NCBI GenBank assembly: GCA_038323575.1
Contig: JBBQHB010000005.1
Location: 13,311-77,310 of the forward strand
Source of the DNA: Bacteroidales bacterium
GTDB taxonomy: Bacteria; Bacteroidota; Bacteroidia; Bacteroidales; Prolixibacteraceae
Length of the DNA: 64,000 bases
Direction: 5' to 3'
Numbering within the stretch: the stretch's first letter is position 1; each line of letters begins with the position of its first letter. The position numbers were made by a program, and so were the translations under genes. Positions 54,938 to 64,000 of the stretch are shown here, piece by piece. A model generated the notes under the pieces. The model did no database searches, was not told the origin of the DNA, and saw only the letters and a list, made by a program, of their open reading frames with translations.

Positions 54938-56712
54938 TTTGCCGGATTCAGGTTTATCTCCTTAAAGGTGAAACCGATTTTATTTTCGGTGAAATTTTGA
55001 GGAATCAGTGTCATCTCATAGGTTCCCGGTTTATCAAATTTGATTTTTCCCGCTCCTGAGTGTATCAGTTTCCAGTACTGGCTGCGCTGGTTGTATTCCC
55101 TGCTGTCGTCCTTAACTACAGCTGAAAGTTCCTGACCTGCACATTTAATCTTTATGGTTTGTCCACCCTGCCAGACGGGAGTACCGTGAGAACCCGTCTC
55201 TGTAGTTACGATGTCAACAAGATAGGTTCCCGGCTTCTCCACACGGAAACTCCAGGTGAGGTTAACAGCTTTGTCAAGCCAGTCGGCACCTCCGCCGCGA
55301 GCAGTAAATTTAAGGTTTGCAGGTTTGCCCTCTTTTTGTGCAGCTGCTAAAATTCCGGGAAGCAAAATCGTCCTGTTTGCCTGTTGGGAGATGGCCGTTT
55401 CCACATCTGCTGCTCCTTCTATTTCAACAACTATTACAGAAACGATCTTATCAGGTGCCTGTTTGGGAAGTTGGATTTTTAACCTGTGATGATCGGATTT
55501 TGGATCCAAAATTTCCTTAAACGGCAGGGCTTTTTGTTGGTTATCAGCAAGCAGGTAGATTTTTTTGACTTTGTTTTTCAAACCTTCCAGATAGAAATCT
55601 GTTGTTGGCCAGTTAAATATGCCAAGAAACAGTTTCCCGGGTTTTTGGGTGATATTTCCCCATTTGAACTCGATTTTGTAAGGACCAGCCTGGGATCCAT
55701 AGATGGCTTCGCTGTTGATTTTCATCCAGTCGCCCACTTTGGCCAGGATATCGACAGATTCTTTTGGGATAAGTCCTTCGGAGGTTGGTCCGACGTTCAG
55801 GAGGTAGTTTCCGCCTTTGGCGGCTATATCAAAAAGCAATCGGGTAAGTGCTTCGGGAGATTTCCATTCGTGGTCGTTTTTCTTGAAACCCCAGGTATTG
55901 TTGAGGGTGGCGGGCACTTCCCAGTCACCGGGAACGACTGTGGCAGGTATCACATTGTCGCCTGTGGACATGTAGTCGGTTTCAACGCCGCCACCGAGCC
56001 GTCCGCTGATGATGCATTCGGGCTGAAGGCTGCGGACCAGGTCTTTCAGGCTTTGTGCCTGTTCCTTGGAAATGTTCATCGGGGTATCGAACCATATCAG
56101 CCCGATCGGACCGTAATTCACCAGCAACTCCGTGAGTTGGGGTTTGACTTTTGAATCAAGATAATACTGGAAGTTCCTTTCCTTTGGGTAATCCCATTCG
56201 TTATCGAGTCCGTTGGGCTCATTCCAGTCGCGGGATTGGGAATAGTAAAAGCACATTTTTAATCCCTGCTTCTGACACTCTTCGGCCAATGCCTTGATCA
56301 CATCTTTGCCATAAGGCGTCGCGTCTACGATATTGTATTTGGAAGCATTCGATTTAAACATGGCGAACCCGTCGTGGTGCTTAGAGGTGATGGTGATGTA
56401 CTTCATGCCTGCATTTTTTGCCGTTGCCACGAAATCTTTCGCATTGAATTTTACCGGATTGAACTGTTTGGCCAATCCGCGGTATTCCAATACCGGAATT
56501 TTTGCATTTTTCATGATCCATTCCCCGATCTGGGGATATTCCGTGCCTTTCCATTCCCCGGCAGGGATGCAATAGAGACCCCAGTGGATGAACATGCCAA
56601 AACGGGCTTCGCGCCACCACTGCATCCTTTGATCCTGGGTGATGGTTTTTTGGGAGAAGGCTGACTGGATGGATATTGTCAGCAGTAACAGAAAAAAGAT
56701 AGATTTTTTCAT
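54934..56712 (-). CDS. GH29 alpha-L-fucosidase with C-terminal beta-sandwich domains
   Basis: Signal peptide, WWREARFGMFIHWGLY and ITSKHHDGFAMF, which are hallmark GH29 motifs. 592 aa. Confidence 0.9.
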   Translation of the reverse strand: MKKSIFFLLLLTISIQSAFSQKTITQDQRMQWWREARFGMFIHWGLYCIPAGEWKGTEYPQIGEWIMKNAKIPVLEYRGLAKQFNPVKFNAKDFVATAKNAGMKYITITSKHHDGFAMFKSNASKYNIVDATPYGKDVIKALAEECQKQGLKMCFYYSQSRDWNEPNGLDNEWDYPKERNFQYYLDSKVKPQLTELLVNYGPIGLIWFDTPMNISKEQAQSLKDLVRSLQPECIISGRLGGGVETDYMSTGDNVIPATVVPGDWEVPATLNNTWGFKKNDHEWKSPEALTRLLFDIAAKGGNYLLNVGPTSEGLIPKESVDILAKVGDWMKINSEAIYGSQAGPYKIEFKWGNITQKPGKLFLGIFNWPTTDFYLEGLKNKVKKIYLLADNQQKALPFKEILDPKSDHHRLKIQLPKQAPDKIVSVIVVEIEGAADVETAISQQANRTILLPGILAAAQKEGKPANLKFTARGGGADWLDKAVNLTWSFRVEKPGTYLVDIVTTETGSHGTPVWQGGQTIKIKCAGQELSAVVKDDSREYNQRSQYWKLIHSGAGKIKFDKPGTYEMTLIPQNFTENKIGFTFKEINLNPAK

Positions 56713-56904
56713 TGTTCAATAATTTGTTTTTTAATGGTCAAATGGAATAGCCATGAGGTTTTTTATCATTCCGAATGGTGATTGACAAATCATGTCTATT
56801 TCATAAATTTTAAAATATTTTTTGATGTTTCATTTACTGTTAAGTTGTTACGAATCTTAGTTTGGGTAAAGACTGTATTTGAAACCATAAATGTCCGAAA
56901 AAAA

Positions 56905-57088
56905 ACTTTATCCGCTACGCGGAAAGTGAAAACACCTAACTTTCTTTTCTACAATACTTTATCCGCCACGCGGAGGAGGAATGCAATTTAATGGTATACA
57001 ATACTTTAAGCCTTAGGGACATGGGTTGTTTGGAGGTATGCAATTCAACTGATTCTTTACCGCGTTGGGGTTGAAGTATTGTAGAAAA
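56905..57088. repeat. Repeat cluster in a 433-nt intergenic region
   Basis: Direct repeat ACTTTATCCGC(T/C)ACGCGGA at 56905-56923 and 56956-56974, each containing a CCGC-YAC-GCGG mini-hairpin. TACAATACTTTA occurs at 56950-56961 and 56997-57008. A 15-nt perfect inverted repeat pairs TTTTCTACAATACTT (56945-56959) with AAGTATTGTAGAAAA (57074-57088). Confidence 0.7.
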
Positions 57089-57145
57089 ATTAACCCACGA
57101 TGGTCCCTTTACCCTGTAGTTAAACATAATGGGTATCATATCGAA

Positions 57146-58591
57146 TTAATTTGCATTAGGCAATTGAAATTTAAATACATCGGAAGGAATCCTGGATTGG
57201 GCCATGATTTTTAACAGGTCGGCTACAATTTCAGGATGTTTACCGGCGACGTTGTTTTCTTCGCCGAGGTCCTTGCTCAGGTCATACAATTCGGTTGTGG
57301 TCTTCGCAGGAATCAGCACCTGGTACCTCACCAGTTTCCAGTTTCCTTTGCGGACAGCCTGTCTGCCGTTCTGTTCGTGAAATTCCCAGTACATTGATTC
57401 GTGTTCTTTCTGCCCTCCCTTTCCAAGAAGTACGGGGAGGAATGATAAACCGTCAATGTTTTCGGATGACTTTGCCCCTGCTATTTCTGTCAGTGTGGGC
57501 ATGACGTCCCAGAATGCCGAGATGTGGTCTGTTGTCGATCCTTGTTTAATTTTACCAGGCCACCAGGCAATCATCGGTTCGCGGATTCCACCTTCGTAAA
57601 GATCTCTTTTGTAGCCCTTCAGCGGACCGTTGCTGTCGAAATAATCGGGATCTGCGCCGCCTTCCAGGTGCGGTCCATTGTCGGAGCTAAAGAGGACAAT
57701 CGTGTTTTTATCCAATCCAAGCTCTTTTAATTTGGCAAAAATCTCTCCGACCTTCTCGTCCAGCAAGGCCACCATGCCAGCAAAAGCGGCATGTGATTCG
57801 GGTTGTGTTCCGTATGAACCGATCCTGAATCCCTTGTCACCGGGCACGGCGCCATTGAATGATTTTTCGGGCAGGAATTTCCCGCGGAATTTATCCATGT
57901 AATTCTTCGGTACTATCAATTCTGCATGCGGAATGGTCGTCGGGTAGTAAAGAAAGAAGGGCCGGTTCCTGTTTTTCTCCATAAACTGAAGTGCACGCTG
58001 ATGGATCAATTCCGGAGCATATTGTTCGAATTTATCCCCGGTATTTCCTTCCAGGATTACTTTTTTCTGGTTGTCCCAAAGGTGACCTGGATAGTAATTG
58101 TGGGCCAGACTCTGGCAGTTGAAACCATAGAATTCATCAATACCCTGCTTGTTTGGGTCTCCTTCGGATCCGGGGAATCCCAAGCCCCACTTGCCAAATG
58201 CGCCGCTTACATATCCTGCGGCTTTCAGGAGTCCGGGGAGAGTAATCGTATTGGCCGGCAAAGGCCATTGTCCTTCCGGATCGACACCTTTGTTTCCGCG
58301 GATTGGCGTATGGCCGGTTGTCAGACCGGTCATCAATGAGGAACGTGACGGAGCGCAAACCGCACAGCCCGCATAATGCTGGGTGAAGAGCATTCCCTCT
58401 TTGGCCATCCGGTCGATATTCGGCGTTTGAAAATGCTTTTGCCCGTAACAGCTCAGGTCGCCGTAACCGAGATCATCGGCAAGGATGTAGATGATATTGG
58501 GTTTTTGCTTTTGGGAAGTCTGACCGTTACTAGCAGGCAATAATCCCAGCGTACAGATTCCCAACGTAGAGAAGAGTTTGGTTTTGTTCAT
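57146..58591 (-). CDS. Arylsulfatase-family sulfatase (Cys-type)
   Basis: Signal peptide, PNIIYILADDLGYGD and active-site CAVCAPSRSSLMTG (CxPxR). Confidence 0.9.
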   Translation of the reverse strand: MNKTKLFSTLGICTLGLLPASNGQTSQKQKPNIIYILADDLGYGDLSCYGQKHFQTPNIDRMAKEGMLFTQHYAGCAVCAPSRSSLMTGLTTGHTPIRGNKGVDPEGQWPLPANTITLPGLLKAAGYVSGAFGKWGLGFPGSEGDPNKQGIDEFYGFNCQSLAHNYYPGHLWDNQKKVILEGNTGDKFEQYAPELIHQRALQFMEKNRNRPFFLYYPTTIPHAELIVPKNYMDKFRGKFLPEKSFNGAVPGDKGFRIGSYGTQPESHAAFAGMVALLDEKVGEIFAKLKELGLDKNTIVLFSSDNGPHLEGGADPDYFDSNGPLKGYKRDLYEGGIREPMIAWWPGKIKQGSTTDHISAFWDVMPTLTEIAGAKSSENIDGLSFLPVLLGKGGQKEHESMYWEFHEQNGRQAVRKGNWKLVRYQVLIPAKTTTELYDLSKDLGEENNVAGKHPEIVADLLKIMAQSRIPSDVFKFQLPNAN

Positions 58592-58727
58592 TGTGCTAAT
58601 AATATTAAAAAGATCATTTTAGAAGACCTTAAATTTACAATATATTATTGAAGTATAATTCGGTGAGTACTCCTCCCCGGTAGGGGCAGGGTCTTGTTGT
58701 GCTGATTTTTTCAAAGATGCATTTTTG

Positions 58728-59780
58728 TTATTTCCCCGTCAAATATTTTATCAGGTCGACTTCTTCTTTTTGGTAGGGAGTTCCGTCGGGACGGAAAATT
58801 TCGTGAAACCAGAGTTTTGGTTCCGAACCATCCGGAATGGGTTGGTCCCAGGCATATTTGGTATTCGATTTGCCGGCAACCAGTCCCCAATTGATGGCAC
58901 CGATATTTTGCTTTTTCAACATTGGCATAATATTCTGGAACAAGCTGTTGTTACGGCGAGCCATGTATTCTGAACAAACCAGCGGACGATTATAGCGTTT
59001 TAAGGTATCGATTGCAGCCTGATGCTTCTCCGGACTCTCATAATTGTGGTACGTAATGATATCGGAATTTTCCACCTGAAATTTATTCAGTTCACTTAGT
59101 TTTAGGTTCCAAACTGCCGCTGAAAGTGGTTGAGATGGACGAACTTCCCATCCCCATTCGAAAACCTTCTTCAACAAGGACATGGACTTATTGCCGTAAG
59201 CCGAATTTCCGGGTTCGTTGTATAAATCCCATAGGGCAATGCGTTTATCGTTTTTGAACGTCGTCAAAATGTCTTTTACATATGCTTCCAAGACTTTGAT
59301 CAGATTGGCATCCTGAAAAAGTAAGTCTCCCGGATCGCGTACCCAGCCCGAATTGTGAACCCCGGGTTTCGGAGCCGGCTGGTTGCCCGCGGCATAGGTA
59401 GGGTTCCAACAGTCGTCGAAGAAGACGAAAATGGTCTTTATGCCGTGTTTATGGGCTATGGTCAAGTAGGCATCCATTCTTTTTTTGAAGCCTTCTTTGT
59501 CGACCTGCCAAGCTAAATGGTGCAGGTAAACCCGCATCACATTCATTCCGATTCCCTGAGCCCATCCTAATTCGCGGTCAATGGTTGCTGCGTCGAACGA
59601 TTCAGCCTGCCAGGTTTCCAGTTGGTTGATGGCGGTACTTGGATTAAAATTGCTGCCGCTGAGCCATCCGTTTTCGGCTGCCCAGGAGTTGGCTTTATCT
59701 AAATTCCACCGACTTTGCTGGCTATATCCAACGAGATATAAACCCATCATAAAAAGCAAACTGATTATCCTTGTCTTCAT
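58728..59780 (-). CDS. Clan GH-A (GH5/cellulase-like) glycoside hydrolase
   Basis: Signal peptide and a (beta/alpha)8-type pattern with NVMRVYLH, FFDDCWN and the acid/base motif LYNEPGN. Confidence 0.55.
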   Translation of the reverse strand: MKTRIISLLFMMGLYLVGYSQQSRWNLDKANSWAAENGWLSGSNFNPSTAINQLETWQAESFDAATIDRELGWAQGIGMNVMRVYLHHLAWQVDKEGFKKRMDAYLTIAHKHGIKTIFVFFDDCWNPTYAAGNQPAPKPGVHNSGWVRDPGDLLFQDANLIKVLEAYVKDILTTFKNDKRIALWDLYNEPGNSAYGNKSMSLLKKVFEWGWEVRPSQPLSAAVWNLKLSELNKFQVENSDIITYHNYESPEKHQAAIDTLKRYNRPLVCSEYMARRNNSLFQNIMPMLKKQNIGAINWGLVAGKSNTKYAWDQPIPDGSEPKLWFHEIFRPDGTPYQKEEVDLIKYLTGK

Positions 59781-59845
59781 TTTATATACTGATTAATTCT
59801 TTATACCTGATTTTTCCAATCGCTGAATATCTGCGTTTTATTTCA

Positions 59846-61453
59846 CTATTTGTTCACTTGCTTTATCCATACCTGCCAGGATTTGTCCATCTGCTCCACC
59901 TTTTCCGGATATTTTGAGGCAAGGTCGTTTGCTTCGGTCCGGTCTTCAGCAAGATTGAAAAGTTCCCAGTTTTTGCCCTTCAGGGATGCAATTTTCCAAT
60001 CACCTACCCGCATTGCACGGCCTCCTTCATGTTCCCAGAATAGGGTATCATGAATTGATTTTGTCTCTCCGAATATTAATGGCAATAAATTTTTACCGTC
60101 AAGGTCTTGGGTTTTCAGGTCATTTATCATGGATGGATAAGTGGCTCCGGCCAGTTCCAGGCAAGTAGGCATAAGGTCTATCACATGGCCGACTCCCGGG
60201 TTGGTGGAGTTCCCTTTTTTCTTTAATTGGGAAGGCCAGTTGACAATGAAAGGGGTTTTGGTACCTCCTTCGTAGGACTCTTTTTTCCAGTACCGGTATG
60301 GGCTGTTTACTGCGCTTGCCCATGAACTGCCAATACTGTTCCAGGTATCCTGTGCTCCGGGATGTGCCGATCCGTGGACGATCATGGTTGAGTCGCGGGT
60401 AAATCCGGGACGGTCAAAACCGGGCAAATAACCGCGTTCTGGTGATGCTCCGTTGTCGGAAAGGAAAAAGATTACTGTGTTGTCATATTTTCCCATTTCT
60501 TTCAATTTTTCGATGATCTTGCCAACTCCCTGATCAAGCCTGTCGACCATGGCTGCATGGACCGCCATATTTTCTGCCTCTTTTTCCTTATCGGCACAGT
60601 CTGCCCAACTCTTTCCGGATGAATTTGGCGGCAATTCACAGACCGAAGGATCGATTAGCTTCATATCGATCATCCGTTTATATCGTTTGCTCCTGAGCAC
60701 ATCCCAGCCTTCTGTGTATTTATCCTTGTATTTGGCAATATCTTCTGGTCGGGCATGAAGCGGCCAATGTGGTGCCGTATGTGCGACGTAGAGGAAAAAG
60801 GGCTTGTCGTCTTTGCTAAATTGATCGATAAGATCTACAGATTTTTGCGTTATAAAATCAGTCATATAGAAATCAGCGGGAACTTCCTTGATAGGCTTCT
60901 CGTTATGAACCAAACTAAACGGGTCGAAGTAATTGACGACTCCCCATATTACCCCGTAATGTTCTTCAAAACCGCGGTTGGAAGGATAGGTTTCAAGCGG
61001 AGCAAATGGACCATGATCAGACCGGTGTGCCAGCCAACGTAACTGCTCATCTTTGTTATCGAGTGGTTTGGTAAGCGAAAGGTGCCATTTACCGGCCATA
61101 CCGGTATGGTATCCATTTCCTTTCAATACTTCAGCAATGGTAGCGGCATTCCTGTTAAGGTTGACTCCCATTCCGTTAATACCGACTCTTTGCGCATATT
61201 GCCCGGTCATCAGGGAAGCCCTTGTCGGGCAACACCTTGCACAATTGTAAAATTGGGTAAACCGCACACCTGTTTTGGCCAGTTGGTCCAGGTTCGGGGT
61301 TTTAATTTCACCGCCATAGCAACCAAGGTCAGAATAGCCCATGTCATCTGCCATGATGATGATGATATTGGGACGATTGGAATCAGCCTTTTGGGCATAT
61401 ATTTGACCCGAAAAAAGAGCCAGTCCGGTTATAATTGCGCTATTTAATTTCAT
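59846..61453 (-). CDS. Arylsulfatase-family sulfatase (Cys-type)
   Basis: Signal peptide, PNIIIIMADDMGYSDLG and active-site CARCCPTRASLMTG (CxPxR). Confidence 0.9.
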   Translation of the reverse strand: MKLNSAIITGLALFSGQIYAQKADSNRPNIIIIMADDMGYSDLGCYGGEIKTPNLDQLAKTGVRFTQFYNCARCCPTRASLMTGQYAQRVGINGMGVNLNRNAATIAEVLKGNGYHTGMAGKWHLSLTKPLDNKDEQLRWLAHRSDHGPFAPLETYPSNRGFEEHYGVIWGVVNYFDPFSLVHNEKPIKEVPADFYMTDFITQKSVDLIDQFSKDDKPFFLYVAHTAPHWPLHARPEDIAKYKDKYTEGWDVLRSKRYKRMIDMKLIDPSVCELPPNSSGKSWADCADKEKEAENMAVHAAMVDRLDQGVGKIIEKLKEMGKYDNTVIFFLSDNGASPERGYLPGFDRPGFTRDSTMIVHGSAHPGAQDTWNSIGSSWASAVNSPYRYWKKESYEGGTKTPFIVNWPSQLKKKGNSTNPGVGHVIDLMPTCLELAGATYPSMINDLKTQDLDGKNLLPLIFGETKSIHDTLFWEHEGGRAMRVGDWKIASLKGKNWELFNLAEDRTEANDLASKYPEKVEQMDKSWQVWIKQVNK

Positions 61454-61475
61454 ATTTTCAATATTATCAGGTCCA

Positions 61476-62849
61476 TTATAATTGTGAAACTTTTGGCAGC
61501 TCAGGCATTGATTTTCTCCACTCCAGCAATTTTGATTTCAGATTTTCGGTTAATTTAAAATTTTCCGGAACTACATTTGTCGTTTCCATTGGATCAATTT
61601 CCATGTTGTATAGCTCAGTTCCTGTCCCGTCATAGTTCATCAGCAGTTTCCACTTACCTTCTCTGATGGCTAAATTTGGGCTACGGTCACGCCCTTCCGG
61701 GAACCTGAATGCTTCATTATTGCGTCCGTATTCCCAATACAGCGTACGGCTCTCATCGGAGGTCTTTCCCAAAAATACCCGGCTTTTTTCTTTTCCATCA
61801 AAGGCAAAACCGGAAGGTATTTTTGCCCCGGCAAGGGCGCAAAAGCTTGGGAAGAAATCGTTTGCGGAAATCACTGACCGCTGATCGACTGTGCCTGCCG
61901 GTGTATGGCCGGGCCAACGTACGATAAAGGGCAACCGTGTCCCGCCTTCATACAAAGAAAGTTTGGAACCCCGGTAATTCCCCGAACGGGATCCCTTAAA
62001 GCTTGGCAAAGGCCCATTGTCGCTTGTAAAGAAAACCAAAGTGTTTTCATCTATTCCCAATTGTTTTAGGCCGGCGAATAATCTGCCAATTTGCCGGTCG
62101 TATTCATCCAAAACGGCCTTCAAATCAATTTCATCTTCTGTACCTTTGGGATATTTTCCAAATCTTTCCTGGCCCGGGACCCACGGAGTATGAACATCAT
62201 CGGGCCACAAATTGACGAAACAGGGCCGGCCTTTGTGCCGCTTCAGAAAATCAAGTGTCCTGTCCACAAAATAGGCTGTCCTGTTCCAGCGTTTGATGCT
62301 GTCTTTGCCTGACCAGATCCAGTTTGTTGCTGTAAGAAGAGGATCAGGATCCGGACTTTCCCAGGTACTTGAATGTTCATCGAATCCATATTCTTTGAAC
62401 CCGGGGGCATTTTTTACATCCCGTCCGCCTCCCATGTGCCATTTACCAAAATGGCCTGTAGCATAACCGTTGGTTTTCAGTGTGCGGGCAATGGAAGGTG
62501 CAGCGGAACTGAGGAAGTCAGCTTGTTCGCATTTTCTGTTTTCTGCCCTTTCGTGCAGGTAGCTGGTAATATTCCAACTGGCGGGAGCCATTCCTGTAAG
62601 AATACCGGTCCGTGAAGCGGAACAAATCGGTGAGGAACTATAGTACTGAGTAAACCTGGTACCTTCAGCGGCCATGCGGTCGATATTGGGCGTTGGAGCA
62701 AATTTGCCGCCGTAACAACCAATATCACTGAATCCCATGTCGTCGGTCAAAATAAGGATGATGTTGGGTGGCCCGGGATTAGCCTTTTGAGCGTAAAGCT
62801 GACTTGAAAATAGAGTCAGACCGGCAATAAAAAAGTTTTTCAATTCCAT
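61476..62849 (-). CDS. Sulfatase-family protein (Cys-type, CxAxR variant)
   Basis: Start at ATG 62849 (MELKNFFIAGL...). PNIILILTDDMGFSDIG and active-site SPICSASRTGILTG. Confidence 0.88.
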   Translation of the reverse strand: MELKNFFIAGLTLFSSQLYAQKANPGPPNIILILTDDMGFSDIGCYGGKFAPTPNIDRMAAEGTRFTQYYSSSPICSASRTGILTGMAPASWNITSYLHERAENRKCEQADFLSSAAPSIARTLKTNGYATGHFGKWHMGGGRDVKNAPGFKEYGFDEHSSTWESPDPDPLLTATNWIWSGKDSIKRWNRTAYFVDRTLDFLKRHKGRPCFVNLWPDDVHTPWVPGQERFGKYPKGTEDEIDLKAVLDEYDRQIGRLFAGLKQLGIDENTLVFFTSDNGPLPSFKGSRSGNYRGSKLSLYEGGTRLPFIVRWPGHTPAGTVDQRSVISANDFFPSFCALAGAKIPSGFAFDGKEKSRVFLGKTSDESRTLYWEYGRNNEAFRFPEGRDRSPNLAIREGKWKLLMNYDGTGTELYNMEIDPMETTNVVPENFKLTENLKSKLLEWRKSMPELPKVSQL

Positions 62850-62920
62850 TTTATATCTTCCATATTTTACTATCACTATTTTCAGTACTCATTTCCCGTT
62901 CCTTAATATGTATTTTTGAC

Positions 62921-63598
62921 TTATTTAATCCACAAAATATCCCTGAATACTGCTGTCGCAGCTTGTTTTACGTTGTGTGACGTGACTGCCGGTCCGAGAA
63001 ATAATTTTTTGGAGAGGTCAAGGGTATAGGAAGTATAAACTTTCCACGTTTTCCCGTCAGCGCTTACGTATCCGGTGAAATCATTGCCTGATCGTTTCAA
63101 CCTGATCCAGGTATTCGGATAATTAACGGGAAATTCAGGTATCCCGGTGGATTCTGCCGGATAGATGGCTTTCATGTCACCTGCTTTAACTGCCCGGTAC
63201 TGGAATTCAAATCCGCCGTTGTTTTTGTTCCGCGGTTTGTTGTCGGGAAATACCTGGAAAAAGATGTGGCGGCTGTGGTCGGAGAGTTCCTCGCGGGCCA
63301 TCAGCCCTGCTTTGGTGTACATATGGGGAGCAGTAAGGCTTTCGATACGCGCGGCCAGATCAAAATCCCCGGTTTTTTCGAGGTATGAGAAATGGAACTC
63401 GTCCTTTTTCCCCCATACATCGGCGCCGCCGGCAATTATTTGAATACCCTTGTCCAGGATTTTTGCTGATCCCGCAACGGCAGGATTACCGATATCTGTT
63501 TGTTTGAGTTTTTTCAGCGAAACCGCTTTTTCTTTTGCTGTTGACCATCCGGTCGAAAAGACGAGAATCAAAGCGACAGTTAATATTTTCTTAAGCAT
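62921..63598 (-). CDS. Exported concanavalin-A-like (DUF1349/LamG-like) beta-sandwich protein
   Basis: Signal peptide. 225 aa, beta-rich, with GGADVWGKKDEFHF...TKAGLMARE...NTWIRLKRSGNDFTGYVSADGKTW, a pattern typical of ConA-like lectin/glucanase folds. The call is tentative. Confidence 0.45.
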   Translation of the reverse strand: MLKKILTVALILVFSTGWSTAKEKAVSLKKLKQTDIGNPAVAGSAKILDKGIQIIAGGADVWGKKDEFHFSYLEKTGDFDLAARIESLTAPHMYTKAGLMAREELSDHSRHIFFQVFPDNKPRNKNNGGFEFQYRAVKAGDMKAIYPAESTGIPEFPVNYPNTWIRLKRSGNDFTGYVSADGKTWKVYTSYTLDLSKKLFLGPAVTSHNVKQAATAVFRDILWIK

Positions 63599-63676
63599 TG
63601 GAATTTGAGTTTAATGTTTGATAAAAATATTTAATTTTTCCGGTATCTTCAGTCTCAAATCCTGAAACCCCGGAAT

Positions 63677-63988
63677 ATGTTCCATACTATCCTCACACTT
63701 GCCTATATTATCCCCAATATTTATATTTTTCTGCGATTGGGGAAACTGTTTGTCAACCGGGAATACCGGTTTTACTATGCGCTGGTATATTTGTTTACCG
63801 CTGTTTTTTTCCCTCTGACCAATCTCTTGCCCGCAGGCGATTCGGGTTTTCTTCCGATCATCGCCAACTACCTTTTGCCGTATTACCTTTATTTGTTACT
63901 GGCTGTGCTGCTGTTTGATGTTTTTTTTTCTTGTCAACAGGTTTGTCAAAGCAATGCCTGCAGAAAAGATGAAAAGTACTGGTTTTAA
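63677..63988 (+). CDS. Small polytopic membrane protein (possibly the N-terminal part of a disrupted or longer gene)
   Basis: 103 aa with three hydrophobic helices. Ends at TAA 12 nt before the window end. It resembles the membrane N-termini of Bacteroidota membrane-bound metallophosphoesterases, but no catalytic domain is visible. Confidence 0.3.
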   Translation: MFHTILTLAYIIPNIYIFLRLGKLFVNREYRFYYALVYLFTAVFFPLTNLLPAGDSGFLPIIANYLLPYYLYLLLAVLLFDVFFSCQQVCQSNACRKDEKYWF

Positions 63989-64000
63989 GGTTTCCGGTCT

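Noticed and set aside
61476-62849. Sulfatase with CSASR instead of CxPxR as a possibly inactive or novel active site.
   Set aside because: C/S-x-P/A-x-R is within the accepted sulfatase signature, so the Ala variant is not unusual in itself.

Overview
Chromosomal segment that looks Bacteroidota-like. Supporting signs are the conserved dut / TPR lipoprotein / DUF4292 / M23-peptidase synteny, many lipoprotein and twin-arginine signal peptides, a TAnnTTTG-type promoter box and a long sulfatase/glycosidase locus. By eye there are no rRNA or tRNA genes, CRISPR arrays, integrases or transposases.

Layout:
- 1-20.7 kb: housekeeping and miscellaneous genes, including dut, an EnvC-like M23 protein, a Crp/Fnr regulator, YceI, metH and several oxidoreductases and hydrolases.
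- 20.9-25.7 kb: a selenium-utilisation cluster (selU/mnmH, yedF, a class-V desulfurase/Sec-lyase-like gene, DUF3343, selD). It is interrupted by a small opposite-strand GxxExxY gene bracketed by a near-perfect 31-bp inverted repeat.
- 26.0-63.6 kb: every gene is on the minus strand.
- 28.2-38.8 kb: a composite type I restriction-modification operon lies between a GT39/ArnT-like and a GT2/ArnC-like glycosyltransferase. Gene order is hsdM, dinD-like, Bro-N, hsdS, SatD-like, DUF3307, hsdR, DUF45/M48 peptidase.
- 40-63.6 kb: a sulfated-glycan catabolic locus with four Cys-type sulfatases, a GH29 fucosidase, an esterase, GH105/88 and a clan GH-A hydrolase. It also holds two FGE-like proteins lacking the catalytic Cys pair (one fused to a NapC/NirT tetrahaem cytochrome), ThuA, two TAT-exported Gfo/Idh/MocA oxidoreductases and DUF1080.

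The strongest candidate for an undescribed system is the translationally coupled SatD-like (cyclase-like motifs plus HTH) and DUF3307 (polytopic His-rich membrane protein) pair. It sits between hsdS and hsdR and has its own promoter-like box and ACGTGATAA operator-like repeats.

All family assignments come from motif recognition by eye and need HMM or structure confirmation.
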